From a virus: a DNA stretch of 64,000 nt. A model generated the notes under the pieces. That model had not been told where the DNA came from. It made no database searches and was given only the letters and a program-made list of their open reading frames with translations. Below, in pieces: positions 36,301 to 44,809 of the stretch (within the stretch, counting starts at the first letter, position 1; each line of letters begins with the position of its first letter). The stretch covers positions 32,001-96,000 of IMG/VR virus record IMGVR_UViG_3300035696_000014, one strand, 5' to 3'. A program made the position numbers and the translations under genes.

Positions 36301-37747
36301 AGAAGCCGCCCTCGAGGCCACCGCCTGACTGCACCATGCGCTCGATGGCGTCAGCCAGCTTCTGCATCGCCTCAGCCTGTGACAGGGTCTTCTTCTCAGC
36401 GGCGCCGCTCGCCTTCTTGACATCAGCCAGGGTCTTGCTCTGGTTCTTCATCGCGAAGGCGTTGTTGATGGCCTCATCGGTCAGGCCGGTGTTGTCCTTG
36501 ATCAGCTTGCGCTGGACGGCGTTGAGGTGGGCACCGTCGATGCCTGCCTGCTTGAAGCCCTTCCGCAGGAGCTCCAACGACTTGCCGACGTCGCCCTCAG
36601 CCGACGCCTTCATCATGCCCATGACGTCGATGTTGGCACCGAAGGCCTGCTGCAGCTTGGCAGCGTGCTCGGCAGCATCATCGAACGACTGGAAGGTGTC
36701 CAAGGTGCCCGTGATGTCCTTGAACTCGAGGCCCAACCTGTGGGCCTGAGCGACCGACTCTGCCAGCACCTTGGTCGACGTGGAGCCGAAGTGGCCCATG
36801 TCCTTCATGGCGTCGCCCATGTCCCGGGAGATGACCTTGGCATCGAGGCCGAAGGCATCGCCGAGCTCGTACGAGAACTTGACCATGTCCTTCAGGGTGC
36901 TGCCCGACGTCTTGCCGAGCGCAGCGCTCTTGAGGGAGACGGCCTTCATCGCTTCGCCCGACAGGCCGAGGCCCTTCTGGTACGCCAGGATCGCGCCGCC
37001 GTTCTCCTCCATCTCCTTGCGGAGCAGCAGGAACGACCGGCCCATCTCGTTGGCCAGCTTCTGGATGTACTCCAGGCGTTGAGCCATGTTGCCGAAGACG
37101 CGCCAGGTGCTGAGGCCGGTGTCCTTGAAGCCTGTCATCGACTTCGTGGTGTCGATGATGGCCTTGTTGGTCGGGCCGTAGAAGGCGCCGAACTCCTTGC
37201 GCAGGTTCTCCAACGCCTGCATCAGCTCGTTGCTGCCACCCGCGCCTTGGGCGGCCATGTCGATCAGGCCGCTGAAGATCTTGAGCGGGATGGCCAGGAT
37301 CGACGCGGTGATGCTGCCGATGCCGCTGACGAAGGAGCTGATGAAGCCGCCGACGCCCTTGGTCAGAGCGACGGTGTTCTTCAGGCCCTGGTAGAAGCCC
37401 GTCAACGCCGCGGTGCCGACCGCCACCGACTTGGGGAACTTGCCAGCGAAGTTCTTGCCCGTCTCATCCAGCTTCTTGCCCAGCTTCTTGAAGGTGCTCT
37501 CGCTGGCCTTGCCCGACTCGTCGAGCTTGCCAGTGAAGTCCTTCAGTGCTGTGTTCAGCGCCTGGATGCCCTGGACGCTGCCCTGGACGTTGAGTTGACC
37601 CAACGCCTGTGCGATCTGCGTCAGCGTCTGCTGTTGCGCGCTGTACGAGCCCTCGAGCTTCTCGGCAGCAGCGGCCATACGCTCGACCTGTGCGGCGAGC
37701 TTGGTCGTGAGGCCTAGCTGTTCGGAGAGTTCTTCCTTTGAGGGCAC
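33317..37747 (-). CDS. Tape measure protein
   Basis: 1476 aa, Ala/Gly/Lys-rich helical, central hydrophobic segments, between chaperones and baseplate genes. Confidence 0.85.
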   Translation of the reverse strand: MPSKEELSEQLGLTTKLAAQVERMAAAAEKLEGSYSAQQQTLTQIAQALGQLNVQGSVQGIQALNTALKDFTGKLDESGKASESTFKKLGKKLDETGKNFAGKFPKSVAVGTAALTGFYQGLKNTVALTKGVGGFISSFVSGIGSITASILAIPLKIFSGLIDMAAQGAGGSNELMQALENLRKEFGAFYGPTNKAIIDTTKSMTGFKDTGLSTWRVFGNMAQRLEYIQKLANEMGRSFLLLRKEMEENGGAILAYQKGLGLSGEAMKAVSLKSAALGKTSGSTLKDMVKFSYELGDAFGLDAKVISRDMGDAMKDMGHFGSTSTKVLAESVAQAHRLGLEFKDITGTLDTFQSFDDAAEHAAKLQQAFGANIDVMGMMKASAEGDVGKSLELLRKGFKQAGIDGAHLNAVQRKLIKDNTGLTDEAINNAFAMKNQSKTLADVKKASGAAEKKTLSQAEAMQKLADAIERMVQSGGGLEGGFWKMFVKGIGQGIMSSKEFVGIMYKIRIALRQVFMIGVQLGRALVEIVPGLKDIGVALNKLFDPKKITSLFDGVRKVVEKFFGKGDDPKHPVKGSIPALVAGLKDTFKNFFNAEGAGAKQLLDGFKKFFRFAAKFAAEGIKFVAKSLAEGFRSITNMIQGKEPIPGVGAVGGAAAGGLGFMKEILTPIVAALKEAWQVMAPALWDLVKTLGEKFVEMLKKHKDAIAGAAKPVLGGLAALLFGPAFGRAALGALTSTLLKIVVPGLLSGAGKLLGGLVGKAAKVEEAAQAATGGAKGMQQVSAVTKESDAAIKNGKGWGIKDAVALGAKLVAIATALAIGGVEMALAIVAMKKIMGDMGPKDVVAPLMVLGAMVVAAIPMAAALRIVSKAGSVKDMLLGGLVLSTAVGIVGLVGAGLSYVMKKAATPAELSAAGDMMLKMSLTFLAMVPLIAAAAVIGALVTGPQAIVLGLAAAGFGVLVAAVGGMATVAMGIVKELNEMQVTPDFQRKIDAFLKIMQSIQAFADTIVKVIGLMTPSFTELLSGKAESFSDKVTAARGLINDMIGNKGGGKGIIGLVETVLDSVKKLQLGQGIAEKAQVFSSIMTAVSQAMTAMTPPPEFFEAGSSFLVQLSGGKPFTDLATDVNYYAMKMRDGIMTMILGDKGGKGGIIDIINQLKAIPFSEEEAKQATVAGQLISAISSVMKNIIPSGDTMKAFTSTVNTGLINVGSFNLLGGKVEKLDTDAMAKTMGLLGDKLSTLLPMLTTGVLKGVLDQTKGLDASQLEGLKAGAEVLKASVDATRAIGDNLKGGGDVPVINTASLGDMTKTLVAGFGVVSDVQKQLGPINPASMASFGNNMTALADAIKGGEGGKGGVVGALTAISAMIEQANALNDALASSDNIVSVKARLEKVAQAVGLGGKTSYTVNPSKAVQITLNVEVTMDVGEVEKVMILRKQSIIADRIDFATVRDPNGKLSAPLTSYTPAGPPAIPASAGKS

Positions 37748-37775
37748 GCGTCACCCACCTACGGAGAAACGTATC

Positions 37776-38069
37776 TCAGAGGGGCCACGGGACGCCCAAG
37801 ATCCGCTCAAACTCCCTCGCAGATGCGTGTTTGAGGTCGAGCTTCTGCATGACGCTCTCGACAGTCGCTCCGGGGCGGTTGAGTTCATCCTGGAACCGTC
37901 GTGAGGCCATCAGAGCGTTGGAGACGGCCTGCACCTCGTGTGGAGAGCCCCTGACCTTCATGTTGACGGCCTTGCCGACCAACCAGGCCGCGGCGGTAAC
38001 GAAGAAGATCTTCCCGAGCAGATTCAGCTTCAGCTCGTTGATCGGTACCCGAGTGTCGATGTCGCCCAT
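37776..38069 (-). CDS. Hypothetical protein (late-type promoter)
   Basis: TATTTA 5 nt before ATG. Confidence 0.7.
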   Translation of the reverse strand: MGDIDTRVPINELKLNLLGKIFFVTAAAWLVGKAVNMKVRGSPHEVQAVSNALMASRRFQDELNRPGATVESVMQKLDLKHASAREFERILGVPWPL

Positions 38070-38084
38070 GGCCCTAAATAGGCA

Positions 38085-38339
38085 TCACGTGAACCGCCTG
38101 AGGCGGCTCGGTACCTGTGAACGGCCACGGCCCTGCATCGCACGGAGCTCCGGGCTGTTGGTGTGCAGCGCACGGGAGGGGCTGCCGCCCTCTGGGTCCT
38201 CGCCGTTGGGCCCATTCTTGTTGAGCTCTTTGACGATCCGCTCGATCCACCATCGTTTGATGGGAACCGGGAGATTGTAGGCCTCACCGGCCGTCAGCCC
38301 GCCGTAGTAGGTCAGCAGGAAGCAGGGCTCCCAGATCAA
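38085..38339 (-). CDS. Tail assembly chaperone C-terminal part (TTG start or +1 frameshift product)
   Basis: FLLTYYGGLT..EAYNLPV..KRWWI; frame is open upstream through TTTCTTTGG. Confidence 0.6.
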   Translation of the reverse strand: MIWEPCFLLTYYGGLTAGEAYNLPVPIKRWWIERIVKELNKNGPNGEDPEGGSPSRALHTNSPELRAMQGRGRSQVPSRLRRFT

Positions 38340-38346
38340 CTGTTCC

Positions 38347-39240
38347 TTATCGGCCGGCGTTAGGCCAAAGAAAGTTGACCCCGATCGGCATCGAGACCTC
38401 CTCCTCGTGGCCACACTGAGGACACGACACCTCTTGGCGCATGATGATGCCGGGCTCGTTGTCCCGGATGTAGTTGCGCAACGCCAGGGAGTCACGGGCG
38501 GGCATCAGGCGAACGAAGCCCGCGATCTTGCCGCGGTCCTCGATGCCGTCGACGGACTGGATGCTGTAGAGCAGGTTCGTCGTCACTGTGGACTCCGACT
38601 GCGTCAGCGCCAGCTTCTTCTGCTTCTCCTGTGTGGCGAGGATCGTCTCCTCGTCGTGGCCCGTCAGGAACTTGAACCTGACAACCTTCTGGCAATAGGG
38701 CAGCTTGAACTCGAAGAGGTTCAACCCCGGGGACACGGGTTCAATCCCCAGGCGCCGGATCGGCAGCTGGCCCAGGTTGAAGGTGCGGTTGGCCTTGGAG
38801 GCGCAGTCGGTGTTGCTGCACTCCAGCTCGGCGTCGTACTCGGGCCCGTAGCCAGTGATGCGGATGGCAACCATCAGAGCGTTGCGGTCACCCATCAGCA
38901 TGTCGCCCGGGTCGATGGCCTTGTTGACGAGGCACGACTTGATCAGTTCGGTGATGACGGTGCCCTTCTTCAGGTACGCTCGGCTCGTCAGGATGTCCTC
39001 CTCACGGGCTGTCATCGCTCGGATCTCAACGACCTCTTTGCCGTGCAGCGGTGACGCTGTCGGGTAGACGCGGCCACCGGACGGGAGCGGCACCGTCTCC
39101 ACCGGGATCTCGATCCCGAAGTCGGCCTTGAACTTGTCGGCCTGTGACAGTGCTTGGATGCCGGCCTGGACGGCCTGCGCGGGGGCCGGCTGCTCGCCGG
39201 CCTTGAAGACTTGGTTACGCTGTTCGCGTTCCTCAGACAT
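38347..39240 (-). CDS. Tail/baseplate assembly chaperone (T4 gp26-like)
   Basis: VPLPSGG.VYP, MTAREEDIL, GDRNAL, two Cys pairs, C-terminal NFLWP. Confidence 0.8.
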   Translation of the reverse strand: MSEEREQRNQVFKAGEQPAPAQAVQAGIQALSQADKFKADFGIEIPVETVPLPSGGRVYPTASPLHGKEVVEIRAMTAREEDILTSRAYLKKGTVITELIKSCLVNKAIDPGDMLMGDRNALMVAIRITGYGPEYDAELECSNTDCASKANRTFNLGQLPIRRLGIEPVSPGLNLFEFKLPYCQKVVRFKFLTGHDEETILATQEKQKKLALTQSESTVTTNLLYSIQSVDGIEDRGKIAGFVRLMPARDSLALRNYIRDNEPGIIMRQEVSCPQCGHEEEVSMPIGVNFLWPNAGR

Positions 39241-39317
39241 TGTGACTCCTAATGATCAGAAGGTACTCTCCTGCCACCAGAGCGTAAATGATACCCTCCC
39301 GAGATCGTGGGCTGTTT

Positions 39318-39524
39318 TCAGCACTTGAACAGCAGCGACGCATGCTTCTTTTCTTGCGTCCACCGTTTGTCGACCTCGTCAGCGAACTCTTCCCAGGTCC
39401 AACCGGCGAAATCGACCAGCTCGTTCCACTCGTCGATGTAGCCGGTGATGTCGAGCTTCCCGCTGGCATAGTCGTCAGTGAGCCCATCGAGCAACGCTTC
39501 GAGCTGGGACCACGACAGCTTCAT
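39318..39524 (-). CDS. Small acidic hypothetical protein
   Basis: ATG 6 nt after TGCAA-N17-TATGAT. Confidence 0.6.
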   Translation of the reverse strand: MKLSWSQLEALLDGLTDDYASGKLDITGYIDEWNELVDFAGWTWEEFADEVDKRWTQEKKHASLLFKC

Positions 39525-39539
39525 GGGCCGATCATACCC

Positions 39540-39887
39540 TCACCAACGCGCTTTTGCAGGGGTCGGTTCTTCGACCAACCGCCATACGTTGGCATCGCTC
39601 CTGAACCCTTGCTGCTTCTTCTCTTCGGGGGTCAACGGGACGACCACGTTGTGGTCTTGCAACGTCTCCAGCATCTGTTGCGTCCGGTCCAACGACCACC
39701 CGATGAACAGCGAGATGGCGCCCAAGTACGTGGGGCAGGCAACCCTATGCAGGTAGCCCACGATTATCTCGAGGGCGGCCTGTGGGGGCTGTTTTCCTTC
39801 CCTGAGCCATGATGCCATGAGCCCGACCATCCTCCCAGCGCCGGAGAGCGCGCCGCTGATACGTAGGTTCATCGACGAGGTCAGCAT
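39540..39887 (-). CDS. Hypothetical protein, possible winged-helix (start uncertain)
   Basis: LGAISLFIGWSLDRTQQMLETL helical pattern. Confidence 0.45.
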   Translation of the reverse strand: MLTSSMNLRISGALSGAGRMVGLMASWLREGKQPPQAALEIIVGYLHRVACPTYLGAISLFIGWSLDRTQQMLETLQDHNVVVPLTPEEKKQQGFRSDANVWRLVEEPTPAKARW

Positions 39888-39905
39888 GTAACATGCCCCT
39901 TCGTG

Positions 39906-40397
39906 TCAGAGGCTGCCCACGATGTCCCCAAAGAGGTCGGGGCGGGACTTGATCCACTCGTCGGCAGCCGCCGCGAGCTTCTCACCTTCGGGCGTCAGGT
40001 CGTAGAGCACCAGGTTTCCCTTCTTCCCGGCGACCTTGACGAAGCCACGCCGGAGGACGCTGTACCTCGCATGGACGGCGGGGTTCGGCACCATGCGTTC
40101 AGGAGTCCGGCGGAAGGTGCCGTCAGGGTCCTGGATCATGTGGCCCTGCTCGTTGCGCTCCCAGTCGCTTCGCATGACTGGAGAGGGAGCGAAGTAGTCG
40201 TGGTTGGAGGTCGGCTTGAACTCCTCGGGAGCGTGTCCTTCGAGAGCCGAGACCTTGCGCATGATCTCTTCACGGGGCAGCGGTCGACCGGCATGAGCGA
40301 TGACCCAACAGATCATGTGGGTCTTGTCGTCTGGGTGGCTGCGAGTGCCGACTGCCTCAGCCAGGAGATCACGTAGCTCGCGAAGCGTCAGTCTCAT
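39906..40397 (-). CDS. Protein with N-terminal MRLTxxELRxLLxE motif
   Basis: MRLTLRELRDLLAEAV; TACCTA 5 nt before ATG 40397. Confidence 0.65.
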   Translation of the reverse strand: MRLTLRELRDLLAEAVGTRSHPDDKTHMICWVIAHAGRPLPREEIMRKVSALEGHAPEEFKPTSNHDYFAPSPVMRSDWERNEQGHMIQDPDGTFRRTPERMVPNPAVHARYSVLRRGFVKVAGKKGNLVLYDLTPEGEKLAAAADEWIKSRPDLFGDIVGSL

Positions 40398-40430
40398 GGT
40401 CATAGGTATCTCACGCGCACCAGAAGCAAC

Positions 40431-40462
40431 AAGCCCCGGACATCGCGAACGAGCCGGGGCTT
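40431..40462 (-). terminator. Probable intrinsic terminator after tail tube gene
   Basis: AAGCCCCGG / CCGGGGCTT stem followed on minus strand by a weak U-rich tail (GTTGCTTCT). Confidence 0.55.
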
Positions 40463-40535
40463 GAGGGCAGGAACATCGCCATCTACCGGTGACAGGAGAA
40501 GCGGCGATGCCCGCACCGGGCGGGATTGCCCGGAA

Positions 40536-41024
40536 TCAGAACTGCAGGACTGCGTTGTCGTAGCGCAGGGTCAGCGAGATCTCCGCCAGCGTGCCGTCCT
40601 CGTAGGTCAGCTCGCCGAAGTTGCCTTCCTTGATCCAGGCGCCCTTGATGTCCCAGAGCTCGACGACGGTGCCGACCGGGTCCAGGAGCTTCATCTGGAT
40701 GTCACGCTTGTAGAAGTCAGCGTAGCCGGAACGACCGGACACCGACTCGAAGGTCAGGCGGATCCACTCCATGACCTGCTGCGCGCCCGAGGGTGCGATG
40801 GGGTCGTAGAGGGTCACAGCCATCTCGTTGAACTTCGTCAGACCGGCCAGGTACCGACGGGAGTTGATGAACGGGACCTCGACCTCGTCTGTTGCGATGG
40901 TCGGGCGAGCCGTCGTTTTCATGATGTACGCGTCGATGCCCTCGATCATGAGTACCCAGCGGTTCTTCCGCTTGGGCTCAAATTTGTTGGGCAGCATTGA
41001 CGTAACGTCGAGTGTCTCAGCCAT
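40536..41024 (-). CDS. Tail tube protein (T4 gp19-like)
   Basis: FEPKRKNRW, LYDPIAPSGAQQVMEW, GYADFYKRD, LDPVG.VVE.W, LRYD. Confidence 0.9.
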   Translation of the reverse strand: MAETLDVTSMLPNKFEPKRKNRWVLMIEGIDAYIMKTTARPTIATDEVEVPFINSRRYLAGLTKFNEMAVTLYDPIAPSGAQQVMEWIRLTFESVSGRSGYADFYKRDIQMKLLDPVGTVVELWDIKGAWIKEGNFGELTYEDGTLAEISLTLRYDNAVLQF

Positions 41025-41052
41025 GTCTCTCTCCTGTCACCGGGTTCGATCG

Positions 41053-41058
41053 TAACTA
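41053..41058 (-). promoter_or_regulatory. Late-type promoter TAGTTA
   Basis: Upstream of tube gene RBS AGGAG. Confidence 0.6.
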
Positions 41059-41070
41059 TCCGCTAGTCCC

Positions 41071-41391
41071 TCAGGCTGCCTTCTTCATCGCCTGCTGGGG
41101 TTGCTGGCCCTTCTTGGCCAGGCCCTTCAGCTGTTCGACGTACTTGCGAACCTCGGCAGCCTTGTTGAAGATGTCGCTGTGGATGCCCACCACGATGGCT
41201 TTTGCGGGGCCAGCGGGAGCGAGCTCGTGGGCCTGTTCGACCTTCTTGTTGAGGTTCTGCAGGTCCATCAAGATCGCATCGAGGATCCCATTGAAGTCGG
41301 GTTGCTTCTTGCCGAAGAGCTCCTGGAGGGCTTGCGAGTACTCCTGCTCCTCTTGGATCAGCTGCTTGAGGTCGCCGACGCGGATCTTCAT
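41071..41391 (-). CDS. Small protein with N-terminal MKIxxxxLxxLIxEE motif
   Basis: MKIRVGDLKQLIQEE. Confidence 0.7.
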   Translation of the reverse strand: MKIRVGDLKQLIQEEQEYSQALQELFGKKQPDFNGILDAILMDLQNLNKKVEQAHELAPAGPAKAIVVGIHSDIFNKAAEVRKYVEQLKGLAKKGQQPQQAMKKAA

Positions 41392-41585
41392 CCCAGGTCT
41401 CTTTCTGCGACAGCGAAGGCGAACTCCTCGTCAATCACTGTCTGCAGCTGGTCGGTTGTCAGGCGCCCTTCGGGCAGCACCGTCCGCGGGCGGGGGACCC
41501 AATCATCAGCCGTGGGGCCCAGTTCCAGCTTGCGCCGGACTGCCTCACGGATGATGTTGCGGAGCTGCTGCTTGGACACCCTCAT
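41388..41585 (-). CDS. Small protein with N-terminal MRVSxxQLRxIIRE motif
   Basis: MRVSKQQLRNIIREAV and an internal RLTTDQLQTVIDEE. Confidence 0.65.
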   Translation of the reverse strand: MRVSKQQLRNIIREAVRRKLELGPTADDWVPRPRTVLPEGRLTTDQLQTVIDEEFAFAVAERDLG

Positions 41586-41597
41586 GGTTCACCCAGC

Positions 41598-44500
41598 TCA
41601 CACCTGCTGCGAGATGTTGTTGGTCACCACGAAGTCGAGGGAGACGTACTCGAGCGACTTGGTGGGCTGGACGTAGATCTTGCCGCGGATGGTGTTGTTC
41701 TCGATGTCGAGCTGCGTCGTTGTCGAGGAGTCGATGACAACCTTGAAGTTCGACAGGCCTGCCTGGGCCTGGATCTTCTGCAGGACGGGGGTCACTGCGG
41801 CAGAGAAGGCTGCCAGGGTGGCATCCCTGTTCTGCTCGAACAGGATGGTATTGGCGATGTCCCGCACCTGCCGGCGGATCTCGATCAGCAGGCGGCGGAC
41901 GTTGACGCGATCCAGCGCCGTTGCGGCCTGCTGCAGCGTCTTCTGTCCCCAAACCACCACACCACCCTTCGGGTTGGTGCCGGCGGTTGCGTTGCCCGGG
42001 AAGGCAACGAGCGGGTTGATGTTGGCGTCGTACAGGGTGTCCATGTCAGCCTTCGCAAGCTTGACACGGGCCTCCAGGGTGGTCTGCAAGGCGCCGCGGG
42101 TGAAGCCGGCGGGAGCGAACCACGGGTGACCGACCGCATCGTTCAGAGCCAAGGCTCCAAGGACGACGACCGACGGGGCCACGAAGAGGTTGGTCTGCGT
42201 GTTCGGATCGGGCATCAGGACGTCGGGGAAGTATGCTGCACCGAAGCTGCTGTTGACAGCACGCTCCAGGAAGCTCTGCACCGTGTAGGTCACCGACGGC
42301 AACTGGGAGTCGTCAACCACCAGCTTGTCGTTGTTGTCGTACTGCTCGAGGTCCATCAGGTACATGCAGTCGAAACGCTGCTCACAGGTGGACAGGCCCT
42401 GGTCAGTGATGACCGGGTGCCGGATGCCAGGCACAGCCAGCAGCTCGATGTCGACGTTGGTGACGTCGCCCATGATGCTGAGACCGACATTGTAGGCCGA
42501 CACGCTGGCGCCGAGGTTGAAGCCACGGTTGCTGGCGTTCATGTCGTCTTCGACGGCGGTATTGGTGATCGCGCTCTCGTCGGGGTCGAACAGGTTGGTG
42601 CCGTCGAAGCCGCCCTGCACCAGGAACGACCACTTCAGGAAGCGACGGTTGGACTGGATGAAGTCGCTGGGCAGCAAGCCACGGGTTGCCGTGGCATCGT
42701 TGACCGGGATGTTGCCGTTGCGGACGTACTGCGCCGAGGCCCACTGGGTCGGGTCGGCGATGCCGGCCGAGTTGGTGACGACCTGGACGTTCATCAACGT
42801 GAACGCGTTGTAATTGAAACGATCGGCGTCGATGACCGCACCGTTGACAGGCGGGGCGCCGTTGTTGTCACCCACCCGCATGTTCTGCACGTCGGTGCGG
42901 AACTCGGGCTGGTAGCCGGCGAAAGCCTGTAGCGAGTTGTTGGCCAGGGTGCTGGCATTGGGGGTCGAGGCGTTGGTGACGTGCTCGAACTGCAGGCCCC
43001 AGTACAGCAGCGGGTTGACCTGCAGCTTGGCGCCCGTGCCCTGTGTCACGTTCTGTCGCAGCGGCACCGGGGGCTCGATGATGTCCGAAGCCCAGCTGCT
43101 GCCTGAGACAGACAGCGCTGAGTACGAGCCGGAAATGATGGGATCTGAGGGCTGAACCAGGCAGCCACCCGCCGTCACCAGGTGGTGAACGCCGCGGAGG
43201 CCGACCGGGAGAGCCGTCGGATCCAGTTCCCCAGTATCAACGCTGGGATCCACTTCAATGCGGATGTAGTTGGAGGCGTTGGCGTAGTTGCCGTCGACGA
43301 CCAGCTTCTGCGCGGTGGGACCACGGTCGAAGTCGAAGAAGGTGTTGACGTCACCGATCACCGCAGCGATGTACTGCGAGTCGCTCGGGTTCAGCGTCAG
43401 GCCGCGGAACTGCTCCAGGTACTGGGGCGCGGAATCGTTGTCGCCCCATGCACGGACGACGAGGTCGAAGGTTCCGTACTGGTTCGACGGGTCAGTCGAC
43501 AGCGCCGGGTTCTCGATCGACAGCTTGTACATCGTCGACACGCCGGTGCCATCGTCCAAAGCGTGGACGCGGAACAGGTTGTGGACCTTGCCACCGAAGG
43601 GCTGGCTGACGACCCACGGAGACATCGCGTGCTCGAAGCGATCGCGGAAGTCCTCGTAGTCAGGGACAGTGTCGCTGCCCACATCGCGGGCCAGCGAGCT
43701 GGTCAGGATGAACGCTGCGGGTTCAGCACCCGTGTTGTAGCTCGTTGCCGCACCAGCGCCGTAGCGCGGGTTGACGAAGCCTGAACCCGTTGCGACCGCG
43801 ACAGCCGGGTGGATGTCGTAGGTCATGTACAGGTAGTGACCCGCCTGGTCCAGGTTCTCGGGGTTAGTGTTCAGGACGTTCGCGTAGTAGTTGGGTGAGG
43901 TCAGGTCGAACGATGCGGTGATGACGTTCGGGAACAGCGGGCTGCCCTTGAGACCGTTCAAGAGGAGGACGAAGTCCTGCTTGGCGATCGAACCGTCAAA
44001 GAGGACCAGGTCACCGAGGCTGGAGCCGTTTGCCCGAGCGTTAGCGAGGTCTGTTGACAGCGGCGCGATGCTGCTGGTACCGGGAACGGACGATGACAGG
44101 GTCAGGACAACGCCCGACGCCGCCATCACGATGCCGCGGACAATCGGCACGCTGGTGCCTGCCGTCGCTGATTGCGCCTGTGCACCTGCTGCCGAGAAGT
44201 ACGTTGAACCGGCCGACTCCGACATGAAGCAGCCGAGGAAGTAGGTGCGGCCGTTGGGGCCTGCGCCGCCCCCAAGAGCGTTGACCGAGTTGGCGTAGGA
44301 GTTCGGGCTCAGCTCACCGTTGTTGGTGGGATCGGGTTGATCCTCGCCGACAGTGAAGCCAGCAGCGAGGACATCGCCACCACCCGTGGTGACGCTCTGG
44401 TTGGAGGGGGTGCCCTGCCGCGCAGTGCCCTGGCCCACGCCGAGGACACGGAGGTAGGTCAACGCTTGCGCGTTGCGGAGCCACTCCGTCACCGCCAGGG

Positions 44501-44702
44501 GGCCGAACTTCTTGCCGTCGGTGAGACCGAACTTCAGATAGAAGTCATTGACGACGCCCACCGTGATGGGCACGAAGGCCGGTCCCTTCAGGCTGGTGCC
44601 GATGACGCCTGCGGGGGTACCGGTCGGCTGTGTTGCCAACGGCTGCGACTGATCGATCTCTGTCGCTGTGACCCCAGGTGCGCCGAACTTGAGCTGTGCC
44701 AT
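41598..44702 (-). CDS. Tail sheath protein, paralogue 2 (gp18-like)
   Basis: PGV...EID, KGPAFVP, PWFAPAGFTRG, INP, WGQKTLQ, LDRVNVRRLL, FEQN. Confidence 0.93.
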   Translation of the reverse strand: MAQLKFGAPGVTATEIDQSQPLATQPTGTPAGVIGTSLKGPAFVPITVGVVNDFYLKFGLTDGKKFGPLAVTEWLRNAQALTYLRVLGVGQGTARQGTPSNQSVTTGGGDVLAAGFTVGEDQPDPTNNGELSPNSYANSVNALGGGAGPNGRTYFLGCFMSESAGSTYFSAAGAQAQSATAGTSVPIVRGIVMAASGVVLTLSSSVPGTSSIAPLSTDLANARANGSSLGDLVLFDGSIAKQDFVLLLNGLKGSPLFPNVITASFDLTSPNYYANVLNTNPENLDQAGHYLYMTYDIHPAVAVATGSGFVNPRYGAGAATSYNTGAEPAAFILTSSLARDVGSDTVPDYEDFRDRFEHAMSPWVVSQPFGGKVHNLFRVHALDDGTGVSTMYKLSIENPALSTDPSNQYGTFDLVVRAWGDNDSAPQYLEQFRGLTLNPSDSQYIAAVIGDVNTFFDFDRGPTAQKLVVDGNYANASNYIRIEVDPSVDTGELDPTALPVGLRGVHHLVTAGGCLVQPSDPIISGSYSALSVSGSSWASDIIEPPVPLRQNVTQGTGAKLQVNPLLYWGLQFEHVTNASTPNASTLANNSLQAFAGYQPEFRTDVQNMRVGDNNGAPPVNGAVIDADRFNYNAFTLMNVQVVTNSAGIADPTQWASAQYVRNGNIPVNDATATRGLLPSDFIQSNRRFLKWSFLVQGGFDGTNLFDPDESAITNTAVEDDMNASNRGFNLGASVSAYNVGLSIMGDVTNVDIELLAVPGIRHPVITDQGLSTCEQRFDCMYLMDLEQYDNNDKLVVDDSQLPSVTYTVQSFLERAVNSSFGAAYFPDVLMPDPNTQTNLFVAPSVVVLGALALNDAVGHPWFAPAGFTRGALQTTLEARVKLAKADMDTLYDANINPLVAFPGNATAGTNPKGGVVVWGQKTLQQAATALDRVNVRRLLIEIRRQVRDIANTILFEQNRDATLAAFSAAVTPVLQKIQAQAGLSNFKVVIDSSTTTQLDIENNTIRGKIYVQPTKSLEYVSLDFVVTNNISQQV

Positions 44703-44722
44703 CGCCTATTGCCTCTGCGCTC

Positions 44723-44794
44723 TAAGTATCGTATCGACGCGTTTGTGGGGCTTCGAAAGGAAACCGCCCAGGATTTGAGACAGGCGCCTAAGTA
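44723..44794 (-). promoter_or_regulatory. Two late-type TACTTA motifs between the sheath genes, one in a hairpin loop
   Basis: TAAGTA at 44723-44728 and 44789-44794; GGCGCCT/AGGCGCC stem. Confidence 0.6.
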
Positions 44795-44809
44795 AGGCGC
44801 CCATCCTGA

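Noticed and set aside
29710-37717. Long plus-strand ORFs (e.g. 29710-31518, 33443-34975, 35082-36749, 36527-37717), and similar ones such as 4125-5591, 7294-8607 and 60823-62067
   Set aside because: Antisense shadows of real minus-strand genes, expected from GC-rich codon bias; no motifs or expression signals
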